From the NCBI GenBank assembly GCA_021613535.1, contig CP075494.1, positions 2,232,001 to 2,296,000 on the forward strand: DNA of 64,000 bases, in the 5' to 3' direction. Under the pieces are notes generated by a model, which worked only from the letters and a program-made list of their open reading frames with translations, was not told the origin of the DNA and searched no databases. Positions 62,597 through 64,000 of the stretch are shown here, one piece after another. Position 1 is the stretch's first letter; each line of letters begins with the position of its first letter. This stretch comes from Adineta vaga. Lineage: Eukaryota > Animalia > Rotifera. The position numbers and the translations under genes were made by a program.

Positions 62597-64000
62597 TCAT
62601 ACATCATCATCATCATTGTTGTCACTCAGTTTGATCTTTTTATTAACATGTTTATATTCTTTCGATTGGATGATACTTTTGCCAAGCCAGATGTTAATTG
62701 AAGATTTCTCTCGCCTGCATATCGAACCTTTTCTGTATTTTGAAAGCCATTCGAAAATGGTGTCTATGTCTGATGGACAATAGAAGTTGAATGTAATACT
62801 TGATAAATGAGGAAGTCGTTTAAGAACAAGTTTCATTTCATCCACATGCTTAATTGATGTTCTCAAGTGTTTGACATGAGAAGGAACCATACAACAAATA
62901 TTATCAGCAGTCCAAATGTTGTACATATTAGAATCGTAACTGATATCTAGCGATATTAAAGAAGGTGTTCTTTGGAGAAAATTGGCGATACTGGCTCGTG
63001 TATTCCGTCTTGTTTTATAAACCGTTCGACCTGTGAATTTTATTTGAACAATTGTTGACAGATCGACTAGTGTCGAAACAGTTAGAATCCAATTTGATGG
63101 TAAATTGTCCTTGAAATTAATTTCCAGTTTTTTTACTTTGCGACATGAAGGATAATTTGTTGTTTCATTCTACAAATGAAGTTTATTAAATGTTACATAA
63201 CATATCGATTTCCATCTAGTGGCTACATGCGATATGTCAAAAAAGGGTGAGTGTAGGTGGGTTTCTCTGCGATATTGGGACCCACACCCTTATACTCACA
63301 TTTTCCTGTATTAATCGTTCAGTGTCTGAGAAAATTAATTTCAATGTAGTCATACGACTATTCTGGATGCACCATTGTCAATCGATTGAGACATAGTAAA
63401 GAGACATATTTTGTCTGTATTCAAGTCATAGATTAGAGAAGATGCAAAAAGTGGAATTGGATAGAGTTTGATGACATCACTTGAATGTTCACAAGTGACA
63501 AATCGTTTGTTTTGTTCGAGCCAGAATGGTGTTCGATATGATGTGATAAGTGATTGAATGTCAGAAAGATCATGTGGAACATATCTTGTTATGCACAAGA
63601 AAAACTCGAAATTGATCAATAACGGAAGATTTGTTTGAATACAGTTTTCCAACCGATTACCATCGACAAACTTTTCATCTATCATCAATCTCATATGAGT
63701 TAATGAAGGCAATAGAGAAAGAAATAGTTCGAAATCGTCAAAATCTAATGTCAGATTTTCTATGGTTAATGAAATAACTTGCCGAAAAAGTGTAGACATG
63801 CATGGTAAACTATTCTGCGCATTAAATCCACCATAGAGCTTGCCTATAACTAGTGTACGTAGGTGGGATAAACAAACAAGAATTTTGCATATTTCAACAG
63901 GAGTTACAGGAGTTTGAATTTTTAGTTGTTGAATGTTTGATTGTTTAGGCCAAACCATTTTTTCTAATTCACACCATTGAAATTCAAGTAATTCGAGTTT
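62597..64000 (-). CDS. F-box/LRR-family protein, 3' part (5' end outside window)
   Basis: LSHLRTLVI, LPSLTHMRL, DGNRLENCIQTNLPLL, YRTPFWLE, VKHLRTSI..LPHLSSITF, INIWLG motifs; the intron near 63170-63350 contains another telomere-like hairpin (63244-63300). Confidence 0.75.

Noticed and set aside
1-64000. Bacterial contig or contamination; rRNA/tRNA genes
   Set aside because: Spliceosomal introns occur even in the bacterial-like genes, which are interleaved with metazoan GPCR and ENaC genes; no rRNA or tRNA recognised by eye.

Overview
AT-rich eukaryotic DNA with many ~46-60 bp GT-AG introns. The gene families (REC-like/ADP-ribosyltransferase/TPR proteins, F-box/LRR proteins, NHL-repeat proteins, orphan rhodopsin GPCRs, LDLa-EGF GPCR, DEG/ENaC, bacterial-like enzymes carrying introns) and TGTGGG repeats point to a bdelloid rotifer; this taxonomy is inferred, not shown. 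The window is a fast-evolving sensory/defence region. Its core is a ~9 kb direct duplication (14817-24725 and 34150-42905: NHL gene 5' part, AlkB-like oxygenase, ART-TPR, F-box/LRR) flanking a single-exon ~2100-aa NACHT protein. The two ART-TPR paralogs are nearly identical in their enzymatic half but carry 10 vs 7 near-identical 126-bp TPR units. Variation among units is concentrated at a few codons, several of them TPR ligand-groove positions, and is shuffled combinatorially, suggesting a diversifying immune receptor-effector. About 16 short elements made of inward-facing telomere-like arms (TGTGGG...CCCACA) are dispersed through the window, one exactly at a duplication breakpoint. Also present: a CACTA-type insertion with its empty site, a hAT MITE, a gene-converted GPCR pair, probable horizontally acquired genes (TetX-like monooxygenase, clan GH-D-like hydrolase), a full-size ABCD transporter with a nonsense codon, and many disrupted genes.
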